DNA of 64,000 nucleotides from a virus. The stretch is from the IMG/VR virus record IMGVR_UViG_3300030419_007436, positions 1 through 64,000 of that record; one strand, given 5' to 3'. The position numbers and the translations under genes are program-made. The notes under the pieces were generated by a model. That model saw nothing but the letters and a program-made list of their open reading frames with translations, made no database searches and was not told the origin of the DNA. Shown here in pieces: positions 29,456 to 39,032 of the stretch; positions within the stretch are counted from its first letter, which is position 1; each line of letters opens with the position of its first letter.

Positions 29456-32400
29456 CTAAATTACATTTGGAAAATCTATTGAAGAATTTTTATGAGACAC
29501 CCATCCATACGCGCGGTGTGGGGTGCACCCGTTTCTTTTTAATTTTCGGATGGCGCCTTGAAGGCCCTGTGTTTTATAAAGGGGATCTGTTCGGGTTAGT
29601 CTAATAAAAAGTTTATTTTCACAACCATGAGATGCCCTAAACATATCATATACCTTCCACGATGTCTCATATAAACCACTTTTATATATTTTTTGTCCTG
29701 ACTGTGCTGGGCCAAGTATGTGGGTCCTAAATAATCTAAAAAACGCCTGGTCTATTTCCTTTCTTTTATAAACCGCTGTGTCTTGCAATTGTATTAATCT
29801 TTTTTTCAACTCAGGTATAAAATTACAGTCACCGGTGTCGGGGGCCCTTCTTTGAGACGGGGGCTTTCCCCATAAAATTCTTGCATGGCCATGCTGAAGA
29901 CCGGCATTCGGACCGGCCTCGAATCCTAATAAAACCATTGCAATTATTCTATCATAATCAACCCAACCACCAGACCTACCCTCCTTGTGGTATCTAGATT
30001 TATTTGCAAGATAAAATTTTTGATTTTTTGCTACTGTGTGAAAAGAACCGTTAACAACCTCATAGGTCCCTTGAGGGCCGGTTTCATTTCTAAAGGGTAT
30101 ATTTAGATCAAATCCAATTCCCTCTCTGTGATCTTTGTGTCCCGCCACCTTATCAATTCCGTTGGCCCATTCCGGAGAAATATCATGAATTTCCCAAAAT
30201 TGTTTACCAAAGCAACGGGTCCAAACGGGAGACTCTAATACTAAATCAATAAAATTCCCAATGTGTCCGACGCCAAAAGAATAATCGCGGCGTGATGGGG
30301 CAATAATAGTGCGTGAGTATTTTATTTCTTTATAATTTATTAAACCAAGTGGGTTTTTGGGGCGACCTTGGCCATTGTCAATACATTCTATTTTTCCCTT
30401 TTGTACTTCTTGAGTGCCTGCTTTGTTTGTGTCTTTGCATTTTGAAAGACACTTCTTATCTATTTTTGGTTTGCTTGTCAGCGCTGTATGTCTTTTTATA
30501 TTGTCTTTCTGACAGTCTATGGCTGGTACTTTTAAATCATATTTATTTCCTATTTGTGGATATGTTACGCTGATGATTTCGCCTTTAAAATTTACTGCTT
30601 GGCCTTTTGGATTATATGAAGCTGGTATTTGAGATGGCAGTGGAGGTGTGTTGGGATCATTTGCTATTGCATTGACTTCTTCTTGAGTAAGTGGTGCACG
30701 TGACGCTTTATATGAATCGGCCAACAGAGACTCTGCACTAAATTTTTCTATAACAACTTGGTATGCAGTTCTTACTGTTTCGGGAAGACATCTTTCTATA
30801 TAGAGTCCATTGAGGTCGCTAAGCGTTTCTCCTTCTACTTTTTTATCCCCATTAAATTTATCTGCGTCGACTTTATCATCATTTTTGTATTTTTTCAATG
30901 TATTTTCATATGTTGAGGGTGATGCATTTTCTTGATTTTTTGAATAATAAGTATGTATCTCAAAATCTTTGCCGGGTTCAATGAGCTTCTTTTGGGCCCA
31001 ATTATTATAAATGTGTTCAAATACAGCCTTGACTGCATAGGAAGAATCTAAATAATCAACTCTCTGTAATTTTACCCCATCTATGCTTGGGTTTTGCAAG
31101 GATGTAATGGCGGCTGTTAGTGATTGATATCCCCCTGAAAAAGATTTAAAACTAATAAATTTTGGTTTTACGCCTCCCCATTGAGGAGTACCCTCTTCTG
31201 TACTTTGTATATATTGTAAAACCTTATTGTGAAACATTCTAAAATCGCCATATTCGGCGCCACCAAAAGTTGATTTTGACGCCTGCTGATTCGTCTTGAC
31301 GTTTAAGTCCATTGTAACATAAATTATATTTCTTCTTTGGTGGGGGGCCACAACCATGTTGTTTAAAATACTAAATATTTTTTCGGACACCGATTGTTGA
31401 AAATAGCTACCGCCTGGGCCATGAAAAAAATAAATTAATTCATAAGGTTTTTTCGGATCAGAAAATGTTGGTTTAAATATGGCGGCGCGGCCGGGTACGC
31501 CAGGAACTTTTCCAATATTAATATTTTTAAATAATATTGCTTTCCCATTAAATTTTTTCCAAAGGGCGCCCTTTGATACTGCTTCACCTTTCATGTCCCA
31601 ATTATCACCCTTTGCTGAAAATATTTTTTCATTAAATTTTCGTTCAATAATTTTTTTGATATCTGCAACAGGGATTTCATGTGCACTATTAATATATTCT
31701 AACCATCTTATCGATGGTGCAGATTTTCCATGTCCTTTAAATATTATATTGTTCAAAGGGAAACTAAATTGAAACTCAGTTTCCTTCTTCGTATCAATAT
31801 AATAATTGCCACTTTGATTGGCATGTTTTAAATAGGTCTTCGCATCTTCAAAATTATCAACTGTGGCAGGCGACGTAAAAGTGTTTGTTTTTAAACCGAA
31901 AGCACCATTATAAAACTGGCCATTATACAGCCCTTCTACTTCTCCTTTAATCTCTTCTGGTGTATTTAATAAAAATGTGTCCGGGTTTGATCTCATATGA
32001 GTAATGGTTCCCAAAAAAGATGAAAACGCCTTTCTGGGTAAAGATTGCGTGCCTCTTGCCCAAGACAAATGTATTTCAAAAAGAGTGTCAGAATCAATTG
32101 CAGAAAATATCTCTTTTATATCATTATCATGATAGGCGTTACGCGCTGTGCTGCTATAATCTGAATGGAAAAATTGTATTTTTTTTAATTTTCCTCCGAA
32201 AAGAGGCTCTTTCGACACCTTCGCCACCTTTTTATTTCTTAAGAGGCCTTTGCGCGCCAGGTTTGATATGGCGATTCCACCGTAACCCAATGCGGACAAT
32301 GTAACTTGGCTTATCTTCGATGCATCTGGTACTCCAAATTTTTCCACAAGAAGCTGTTTTATTTGTGTATGTAGCGCCTCCATATCGCCGCACTCTTCAG

Positions 32401-33646
32401 GTGTTGCTGGTTTGTTATCAAGACTTGTGCCCCAAGGAAGATATCCATTTGTTTTTCCTTTATAATATGCTGAAGTTCCGTCTACATTCCATGCGGCCCA
32501 ATGTCGCATTGTATATCTTTCGGCCCAGCTATATAAAAGTGGTTGTATGTGTGTTTGTTTTCTTGGATAACCGGTTGGATCTTTGACATTGCCAGCGGAC
32601 CACAACATCTCTGGCATAACAAAAATAAAATTGCGGCGTCCCCCTAACTTATTTGCAGTACCATATTTTTTTGAAGTCATTTTATTCAGAGTACGACCCA
32701 AACTTTCCCATTCTGCCCTGCTATTTTTAAAGCCTAAATTATCATGGAAAAAATAAATAAGCTCAAAATCAGATTTGGGGTCTGTTCCTTTCGGCATATA
32801 TATAAAAGTTTGGCGCCCATTGCTTTCTATTGTTCCGACAGTATCATTTGGCCCATTTCCATCAAGTGTGCCAAACCATGAAATCCCCGGGAAAAACTTT
32901 TGCTGAATCGGAGATAAAATATTTTTAAGCCACGATGCATGTGTTTCTCCGGGAATTACTTTATCTTCTGTGTTTCCTTCTCCACTAATAATTGGAGGGG
33001 CAACATTATTTAAAAGGGGTACTCTCTTAAAATTTCCAATACAATCTCCAATTGATCCGCCGTTTTTATATTGTTTATTACATATAAATTCGTTTCTTAA
33101 GCACTCGTCAAAATCATTTTTATGATTGTTGTTTTTTAATTTTGCTGCAGTCTTAGAGTCTAGAGGGCCATCATAATAAAATCTATTATTAACAGAAGTT
33201 ACCCAAATTAAATCGCCCGGCACTACGCCCTTTAATTGTGTATCAGTATCTTTTGCTTGTGCTGTTGGGTGTGTATCTATCGCTAAGCTATCAAAAGTAC
33301 TAGGATTTTTTAAGCTTTTTGGTATCGGCAATGAAAAGTGAAGTTCTGGAATTCTAATTTTGTATGTAATTAGTGAATACTTTGAGCTTCCCGGCGTTAG
33401 AGCCTGTACTGCTACATCTTGGGCTGTTTCTTCTGGAGCATTGCCGCCTGCGCAGGGGGCGTCGGTTCTAAGCAATATTGCGACCCACCGCGGACGGTTA
33501 AAATAATTTGGAGTAAATACTTTGTCACGCATGCGCGCTAGTATTGATTGCGCAGACTCAGACTGAAAATCAATACTTTCTTTTGTATTTGGATCTTCTA
33601 AACTATTAAGCGCTCCGGGTGGAGTATCTAATACATTGGCGCCCAT
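29456..33646 (-). CDS. Multi-domain tail-associated hydrolase (gp5-like OB N-terminus, two alpha/beta-hydrolase-like domains, MepA-like peptidase motif), 1396 aa
   Basis: N-terminal YKIRIPELH...PGDLIWV; duplicated xELIYFFH / RRNxIxV / elbow-GG / (H,D)SxY blocks; C-terminal DIS...GHKDHREGIGFD (H-x6-D). Confidence 0.55.
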   Translation of the reverse strand: MGANVLDTPPGALNSLEDPNTKESIDFQSESAQSILARMRDKVFTPNYFNRPRWVAILLRTDAPCAGGNAPEETAQDVAVQALTPGSSKYSLITYKIRIPELHFSLPIPKSLKNPSTFDSLAIDTHPTAQAKDTDTQLKGVVPGDLIWVTSVNNRFYYDGPLDSKTAAKLKNNNHKNDFDECLRNEFICNKQYKNGGSIGDCIGNFKRVPLLNNVAPPIISGEGNTEDKVIPGETHASWLKNILSPIQQKFFPGISWFGTLDGNGPNDTVGTIESNGRQTFIYMPKGTDPKSDFELIYFFHDNLGFKNSRAEWESLGRTLNKMTSKKYGTANKLGGRRNFIFVMPEMLWSAGNVKDPTGYPRKQTHIQPLLYSWAERYTMRHWAAWNVDGTSAYYKGKTNGYLPWGTSLDNKPATPEECGDMEALHTQIKQLLVEKFGVPDASKISQVTLSALGYGGIAISNLARKGLLRNKKVAKVSKEPLFGGKLKKIQFFHSDYSSTARNAYHDNDIKEIFSAIDSDTLFEIHLSWARGTQSLPRKAFSSFLGTITHMRSNPDTFLLNTPEEIKGEVEGLYNGQFYNGAFGLKTNTFTSPATVDNFEDAKTYLKHANQSGNYYIDTKKETEFQFSFPLNNIIFKGHGKSAPSIRWLEYINSAHEIPVADIKKIIERKFNEKIFSAKGDNWDMKGEAVSKGALWKKFNGKAILFKNINIGKVPGVPGRAAIFKPTFSDPKKPYELIYFFHGPGGSYFQQSVSEKIFSILNNMVVAPHQRRNIIYVTMDLNVKTNQQASKSTFGGAEYGDFRMFHNKVLQYIQSTEEGTPQWGGVKPKFISFKSFSGGYQSLTAAITSLQNPSIDGVKLQRVDYLDSSYAVKAVFEHIYNNWAQKKLIEPGKDFEIHTYYSKNQENASPSTYENTLKKYKNDDKVDADKFNGDKKVEGETLSDLNGLYIERCLPETVRTAYQVVIEKFSAESLLADSYKASRAPLTQEEVNAIANDPNTPPLPSQIPASYNPKGQAVNFKGEIISVTYPQIGNKYDLKVPAIDCQKDNIKRHTALTSKPKIDKKCLSKCKDTNKAGTQEVQKGKIECIDNGQGRPKNPLGLINYKEIKYSRTIIAPSRRDYSFGVGHIGNFIDLVLESPVWTRCFGKQFWEIHDISPEWANGIDKVAGHKDHREGIGFDLNIPFRNETGPQGTYEVVNGSFHTVAKNQKFYLANKSRYHKEGRSGGWVDYDRIIAMVLLGFEAGPNAGLQHGHARILWGKPPSQRRAPDTGDCNFIPELKKRLIQLQDTAVYKRKEIDQAFFRLFRTHILGPAQSGQKIYKSGLYETSWKVYDMFRASHGCENKLFIRLTRTDPLYKTQGLQGAIRKLKRNGCTPHRAYGWVSHKNSSIDFPNVI

Positions 33647-33649
33647 AAG

Positions 33650-33958
33650 TTACTTTTCGCCCCCTTGAATTAAATCAAAAAGCTGTTCTTTATCACTTTC
33701 ATTTAATTCAAGTACTCCATCTTGTTTCTTACTTAAAATATTGGTTAATTTTACTAGCTGTTCATTCGAGCGTTGGAGGGTTTCAACATATTTTGAAGCA
33801 ATTAATCCTAATTGTTTGTGTGTTTCTAAATCATTTGTTTTTTTCATTTCCAATAAGAGGTCTGTTAAAAGAGTTGAAGTTACAGAACGATCATCACGAA
33901 TGTTGGCGATTGATTCGGTAATATATTTTTCAACATTTTCTAGTTTTCCGTGTCCCAC
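33650..33958 (-). CDS. Hypothetical helical protein, 102 aa
   Basis: ORF track; GTG start overlapping the end of the sigma-like gene; packed 3 nt from the next gene. Confidence 0.7.
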   Translation of the reverse strand: MGHGKLENVEKYITESIANIRDDRSVTSTLLTDLLLEMKKTNDLETHKQLGLIASKYVETLQRSNEQLVKLTNILSKKQDGVLELNESDKEQLFDLIQGGEK

Positions 33959-34632
33959 TTCTTTTTAAAATCCCTATATCTGGCTCTTATTTTGTTTAAT
34001 GAACTTACAACCTGTTTAGTGTTTAAACCAGTAATTTCTCGTATGTATAGGTAAATAGCTTTCTTATTAAAAATTTCTATATTTTCAGACTCCTCAAAAA
34101 GAATCTTAACAGCTTGAATAACTTTTTTCTCATTTTGCCTAACCGGTAATTTTTCCCAGGCATGAATTTGTTCTTTAAAAGAAAGCCAAAATTCTTTTTT
34201 TATTGCGTCCTGAACCACCGTGTTATAAACAACCAACGGGTTTGATCCGTTTTCGCTATCTGTTGTAGAACAATAATCTTCAATTAATACTTCTCTTTTT
34301 GATTGTTGTACTGTTTTTTTAACCTTGTGTATAAACCAGTTTTTTGTTATAACACTAAAATATGAAAAGGCTTTGGAACCCCTGTTCGGATCATACTTAT
34401 CAAGTATAGTTATTAACCAGTTTTTACAATCATCTTTTAAACAATCTACGTTTGGTAAGTTTGTAAATTTATAAGTATATACAATTTTATCTACCATTTC
34501 ATCGAAGGCTGGGCCAATATAAGTATTATATAGCTCATTTCTCGTTTTCATGTCTCTTGTTGAACAATAATCAATTATTGCCTGTTCATGTACTTTAGTA
34601 AAGTATAAGTTCTTTTTTCTAGTTCGTGCCAT
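33940..34632 (-). CDS. Phage sigma-70-like transcription factor (possible late sigma), 230 aa
   Basis: Region-2-like LDKYDPNRGSKAFSYFSVITKNWF (compare KFDP.RG.KFSTYA...I) and a C-terminal HTH-like YLYIREITGLNTKQVVSSLNKIR. Confidence 0.7.
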   Translation of the reverse strand: MARTRKKNLYFTKVHEQAIIDYCSTRDMKTRNELYNTYIGPAFDEMVDKIVYTYKFTNLPNVDCLKDDCKNWLITILDKYDPNRGSKAFSYFSVITKNWFIHKVKKTVQQSKREVLIEDYCSTTDSENGSNPLVVYNTVVQDAIKKEFWLSFKEQIHAWEKLPVRQNEKKVIQAVKILFEESENIEIFNKKAIYLYIREITGLNTKQVVSSLNKIRARYRDFKKKWDTEN

Positions 34633-34635
34633 AAT

Positions 34636-34947
34636 TTATTCTTCTATATTGTCTTCATCATAATCTTCTTCGTCGCCAGGTTCATAATTAATATCATATA
34701 TTGCTCGAAAGCTTTTCGCTCTTTCTGAAATTGATTTTGAGTGTCTCAAAAGGTTCTCTAAGGTTGTATCGCCATAAAACCTCTCCAGTTGATATACAAG
34801 ATCAACATGGTTAGAATATTCCTCCAATAAAATAAATAAGCCCTCTAGTTCGTCAGATATATTAAGAAATTTTTTTAATAATTTAACAAGGTACCATATA
34901 AAAAAAACATTTATTAAAACTGATATGGTTAATATTATTTCAAGCAT
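34636..34947 (-). CDS. Hypothetical membrane-anchored protein, 103 aa
   Basis: N-terminal hydrophobic helix (IILTISVLINVFFIWYLV) and an acidic tail. Confidence 0.7.
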   Translation of the reverse strand: MLEIILTISVLINVFFIWYLVKLLKKFLNISDELEGLFILLEEYSNHVDLVYQLERFYGDTTLENLLRHSKSISERAKSFRAIYDINYEPGDEEDYDEDNIEE

Positions 34948-35188
34948 TTTTATTCTTTAGTTCTTCCTTTTGGTCTTTTAAATCATTTTTTGCATCTTCT
35001 ATAAATTCTTTGACGTGGGAGCCGACTTTTTGTTTTGAGTCTTTTTTAGCATTAAAAAACATCGAGGGCTTCCTAACCAAAGTACCTATAGTTTCACACA
35101 CATCACAATATTCTATTTTTTCAGACATTGAGTGACTTATTTTTGTGGAGGACCCACATTTGGTACATTCATAAATATAAATTGGCAT
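34940..35188 (-). CDS. FmdB-family zinc-ribbon protein, 82 aa
   Basis: MPIYIYECTKCG...H.MSE...CDVC matches the FmdB signature MPxYxYxCxxCG...CxxC. Confidence 0.85.
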   Translation of the reverse strand: MPIYIYECTKCGSSTKISHSMSEKIEYCDVCETIGTLVRKPSMFFNAKKDSKQKVGSHVKEFIEDAKNDLKDQKEELKNKNA

Positions 35189-35189
35189 T

Positions 35190-35432
35190 TTAAGTCTGCT
35201 GTGATTGTTCTACTTTAATTTCTTCGCGATCAAAATTTTGTTGCAATTTTTCCTCAAATTCATCATTAAATTTTAAAATGGGGGGATTCATAACAACTAG
35301 CCCCTCTTCTGATAATTTAAATTTAAATCCCTTTAATACAGGGACAATATCGCTCTGCTCCATCAAACTTTTTTGTAAAGCCATCATAACAGAGCCGAGG
35401 GCTTGGTCTGAAAAATTAAATTCTTTACTCAT
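35190..35432 (-). CDS. Hypothetical protein, 80 aa
   Basis: ORF track; tightly packed in the operon. Confidence 0.7.
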   Translation of the reverse strand: MSKEFNFSDQALGSVMMALQKSLMEQSDIVPVLKGFKFKLSEEGLVVMNPPILKFNDEFEEKLQQNFDREEIKVEQSQQT

Positions 35433-36318
35433 TTTTTTCTCCTTGTAGGCTAAACTTTTTACTTAGCCAATCTGAAATATAATTTTGTAATTTAACGTTA
35501 GGGCTCCACCCTAATAATTTTTGTGTTTTAGATATATCTGCTAGTGTTATCCATGCTTCTCCGGGGCGTGCGTCGATATGCTCCACGTCTTCCTTATACA
35601 TTGCTGCCAACTCATTAATAGAGTGGTTTGTACCCGTTCCTAAGTTAAAAATCTCACCTTTCCATGTGTCTTTTGACATAGCAATTAAGGCCGAACAAAT
35701 ATCTTTAACGTTGGTAAAGTCCCTTCGTTGCTCTCCAGTGCCCGTTATTGTTAAAGGCTGGTCAAACAACATTTGTTTCTCAAAGATGCCAATAACCGTG
35801 GCGTATGGGCCTGAGCGCAGGTGTCGAGGGCCATAAACATTAAAAAATCGTGCAATTGTAGTGCTCACACCATAAACTTCTGAGTAAAGTTTACATATTT
35901 CTTCTCCTTGCCACTTGGAAAAGGCATAAGGATTTAAATATACTCCACCATAAAATGAACTGGAACCGGCGTAAACTACTTTTACATTATTTTTTCTGGC
36001 GTATTCACATACCAAAGAAGTGCCTTTGGTATTAACATCTAAAGTTTCGCTCGGTCTATCAAAACTTGGTTGAATTCTGGCTAGGGCGGCCAAATGAAAT
36101 ACAACATCAATATCTTTAAGCATTTCGAAAGAGTCTGCAATCTCAAAGACGTGTCGCAAATCTTGAAAAATATATTTTGCCTTTTCATTACAGTTTTCCA
36201 TTTTTCCTGTATCTAGGTTGTCGATAACAACGACGTTATTTTCTGGATCTTCAACAAGTATATCAACCAAATTACTCCCTATAAACCCACAACCTCCTGT
36301 AACTAAAATATTTGTCAT
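35425..36318 (-). CDS. NAD-dependent nucleotide-sugar epimerase/dehydratase (extended SDR), 297 aa
   Basis: ILVTGGCGFIGS, YxxxK (YAFSK), RFFNVYGP. Confidence 0.9.
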   Translation of the reverse strand: MTNILVTGGCGFIGSNLVDILVEDPENNVVVIDNLDTGKMENCNEKAKYIFQDLRHVFEIADSFEMLKDIDVVFHLAALARIQPSFDRPSETLDVNTKGTSLVCEYARKNNVKVVYAGSSSFYGGVYLNPYAFSKWQGEEICKLYSEVYGVSTTIARFFNVYGPRHLRSGPYATVIGIFEKQMLFDQPLTITGTGEQRRDFTNVKDICSALIAMSKDTWKGEIFNLGTGTNHSINELAAMYKEDVEHIDARPGEAWITLADISKTQKLLGWSPNVKLQNYISDWLSKKFSLQGEKNE

Positions 36319-36329
36319 TTTCTATTTCC

Positions 36330-37142
36330 TTATATTCTTATCCAACTTTCTGGTATTAAATCCGCTGTTTCTTTTTTATTAGAAGACACTCTTTTTGGGC
36401 CAAACCAACACCATGGCGAAACCACCTTTTTGTCTTTGTTTTTGTTTAAGTAAGCTGCCCACCATGAAAAAGTAGAATTAGCTATTATATTGTTTTTTAT
36501 TTTTGACATCAAGTACATATCAACCACATCTAATTCTCCCTCAATATAAATTTTTTCAGTTGAGCCAAGAAAATCTGTGTTATTTTTTACCCAATTAATA
36601 TCATCACTGAACAATACTAGAGTATCATATTCCCCAATCTTATTTAACGCATTAAGATAGTAGCTTTCTTCCAATTGGCAATACAAATTTTCAAATTTTA
36701 GGTAATCCTTTCTTCTAAAGTGAAGTGCTACTGCATTCTTTTTATATAAATATTCATATTTTTTATCTATTGAATCTGTATAGAAATCTGGTAAGGAAAA
36801 CATGTCTTGTATATGTTCTTCATAATCGTGAAAGTATTTATACGATTGAAAGTATCCATATATACATAAATCCTCTTTATATTCAATCTTATTGTATATT
36901 GTACTGGTGTATGATTTTTCGGTATATCTATTTTTCACAAACTTTTTATCAAATGCGCTTTTATTTAATTTGTGAAATATACTGTTCCCATAAAAATCGT
37001 AAGGATGAAAATTTAAATCAGGAAATACTGCTTTATCGTTGTTTTCTTTTGCCAACCCTAGAGCAGTTGCTATACAAAACATCTGATTTCCCAATCCATT
37101 ATTAGAGGTAGGACAATAACCTAAGACATCACACGTAATCAA
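36330..37142 (-). CDS. GT11 alpha-1,2-fucosyltransferase-like, 270 aa
   Basis: GLGNQMF, YGYFQSYKYF, VALHFRRKDY, FSDDINW, IIANSTFSWWAAYL. Confidence 0.9.
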   Translation of the reverse strand: MITCDVLGYCPTSNNGLGNQMFCIATALGLAKENNDKAVFPDLNFHPYDFYGNSIFHKLNKSAFDKKFVKNRYTEKSYTSTIYNKIEYKEDLCIYGYFQSYKYFHDYEEHIQDMFSLPDFYTDSIDKKYEYLYKKNAVALHFRRKDYLKFENLYCQLEESYYLNALNKIGEYDTLVLFSDDINWVKNNTDFLGSTEKIYIEGELDVVDMYLMSKIKNNIIANSTFSWWAAYLNKNKDKKVVSPWCWFGPKRVSSNKKETADLIPESWIRI

Positions 37143-37143
37143 A

Positions 37144-38067
37144 TTATATCCCCCTTATATTGGGATAGTTTTTTTCAAACCACCCACACACATTGGACAG
37201 ACTTTCATAAAAGTCTGTGTATTTTTCCTGCTTCCACCCAAGAGAAATTAACTTTGAATTATCGGACGGTTTTCTATATTGTCCTTTTGGCATATCTGTT
37301 TGCCAAACTATTTCTCCATTGTAATCCAATATTTCTGCAATCATGTTGGCTACATTTTTTATAGAATACTCTTTCGTGTTTCCGACATTGATTGGAGTTT
37401 CATCGTTATATTTATCAAGTAAAAATAAAATAATTTTTGATAAATCTTTTGAATATGTGAATTCTCTTAGAGGAGATCCATCTCCCCATAAATATACAGA
37501 ATTATTACTCTTTTTTGCTTCATATATTTTTCTAATTATAGCTGGTAGAACGTGACTATCTTCTAAATCAAAATTATCATTTTCACCAAATAGATTGTTT
37601 GGTACGATAGTTACAAAATTACAATCATATTGTCTTCTATATGCTCTAGATTGAATGTCCGCCATTCTCTTAACGTGTGCATACGCAAAATTTGACTGAT
37701 GTGGTTCTCCATTATGAATGTCTTTTTCTACAAGAGGATAGCTTACAACATCAGGATAAACACATGTACTTAAAACTGATAAAACCTTTTTTACATTATA
37801 TTCTTTCGCGTAATGCAAAACATTTGTGCTAATCATTGTATTTTCATAATAAAAGTCGGCTAACTTGTCCATATTAGCTTTTATCCCTCCGACCTTAGCA
37901 GCTAAATGAATAACACAATCTGGTTTATGATCTTTGTACATTTGCTCACACTGCTCACTTTTAATCAAGTTGTAGTCTTGTGAAGAAATATAAACCGCAC
38001 TCTCCAAATCTTGTTTAAGTGCGGTACCGATCATTCCAGAACCTCCTGTAACTAAAATTTTACTCAT
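37144..38067 (-). CDS. fcl: GDP-L-fucose synthase
   Basis: ILVTGGSGMIG, VIHLAAKVGGI.AN, LSTCVYP, SNFAYAHVKR, LFGENDNFDLEDSHVLPAII, LWGDGSPLREFTY. Confidence 0.9.
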   Translation of the reverse strand: MSKILVTGGSGMIGTALKQDLESAVYISSQDYNLIKSEQCEQMYKDHKPDCVIHLAAKVGGIKANMDKLADFYYENTMISTNVLHYAKEYNVKKVLSVLSTCVYPDVVSYPLVEKDIHNGEPHQSNFAYAHVKRMADIQSRAYRRQYDCNFVTIVPNNLFGENDNFDLEDSHVLPAIIRKIYEAKKSNNSVYLWGDGSPLREFTYSKDLSKIILFLLDKYNDETPINVGNTKEYSIKNVANMIAEILDYNGEIVWQTDMPKGQYRKPSDNSKLISLGWKQEKYTDFYESLSNVCGWFEKNYPNIRGI

Positions 38068-39032
38068 TCTATTGTTGTCATCCAGTGATTAATCATATCG
38101 TCCATCAACGTTTCAAATGTATATTCGGGGGCCCACCCAAGAACCTCTCTTGCTTTTGTTGAATCTCCCTTAAGATATTTCAACTCTTCGGGTCTCATAT
38201 ATTTTGGATTTTGTACAACATAATCCTTATAGTCTAGGCCCAGCTGTCCGAAAACATATTCACATAGATTTCTAACTGAGTGTGTTTCGCCGGTTGCAAC
38301 TATAAATTCATCAGGAGTGTGATGGTTAATAATCATGTGCATGGCCCTTACATAATCCTTTGAATGTCCCCAGTCTCGAAAAGAGTCTAAATTACCAAGC
38401 TCTAGTTTATCTCTATAACCCTTCTTAATTTCTACTGCGGTTTTAACGACCTTATTTGTGACAAAGTTAGAGCCGCGGCGAGGGGATTCGTGATTAAATA
38501 AAATCCCATTACAGGCATGTAAATTATAGGCATTTCGGTAGTGTTTAACTAGATTGTATGCTAAAAGTTTAGCGCAGCCGTAAGGACTCACAGGGTTCAT
38601 GGGAGTTGTCAGTCTTTGGCTTCCATCTTCATCAACAGAATTTCCAAACATTTCAGAAGAACTAGCCTGATAGAATTTTGCTTTTGGTACAATCGATTTG
38701 TATACTTCTAAGAGATTGAGTACTCCCATCGCGTTTGTTTGAATAGTATAAGACGGTACATCAAAACTAATTCTTACATGACTCATCGCAGCCAAATTAT
38801 ATATCTCATCTGGCTTTACCTCATTTACAACGCGAGTTAAGGAGGGGACATCCATCATATCAGCATAAAAAGTGTTAATTTTATCATTAACGTGTTTAAG
38901 TCTGCTGTCTTGATTTTCAGCAACAGAACTTCTTCTAATAAGTCCATGAACTTCATATCCCTTGTTCAAAAGGTATTCAGATAAGTAACTCCCGTCTTGT
39001 CCTGAAACACCTGTAATTAACGCTCTTTTCAT
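38064..39032 (-). CDS. gmd: GDP-mannose 4,6-dehydratase
   Basis: ALITGVSGQDGSYL, IYNLAAMSHV.ISF, FYQASSSEMFG, PVSPYGCAK, GILFNHESPRRG.NFVT.K, LGNLD..RDWGH.KDYV.AM. Confidence 0.96.
   Translation of the reverse strand: MKRALITGVSGQDGSYLSEYLLNKGYEVHGLIRRSSVAENQDSRLKHVNDKINTFYADMMDVPSLTRVVNEVKPDEIYNLAAMSHVRISFDVPSYTIQTNAMGVLNLLEVYKSIVPKAKFYQASSSEMFGNSVDEDGSQRLTTPMNPVSPYGCAKLLAYNLVKHYRNAYNLHACNGILFNHESPRRGSNFVTNKVVKTAVEIKKGYRDKLELGNLDSFRDWGHSKDYVRAMHMIINHHTPDEFIVATGETHSVRNLCEYVFGQLGLDYKDYVVQNPKYMRPEELKYLKGDSTKAREVLGWAPEYTFETLMDDMINHWMTTIE

Noticed and set aside
31560-31575. Perfect 16-bp palindrome CAAAGGGCGCCCTTTG
   Set aside because: It occurs once, inside coding sequence, centred on one of the many GGCGCC sites, and has no flanking evidence of function.
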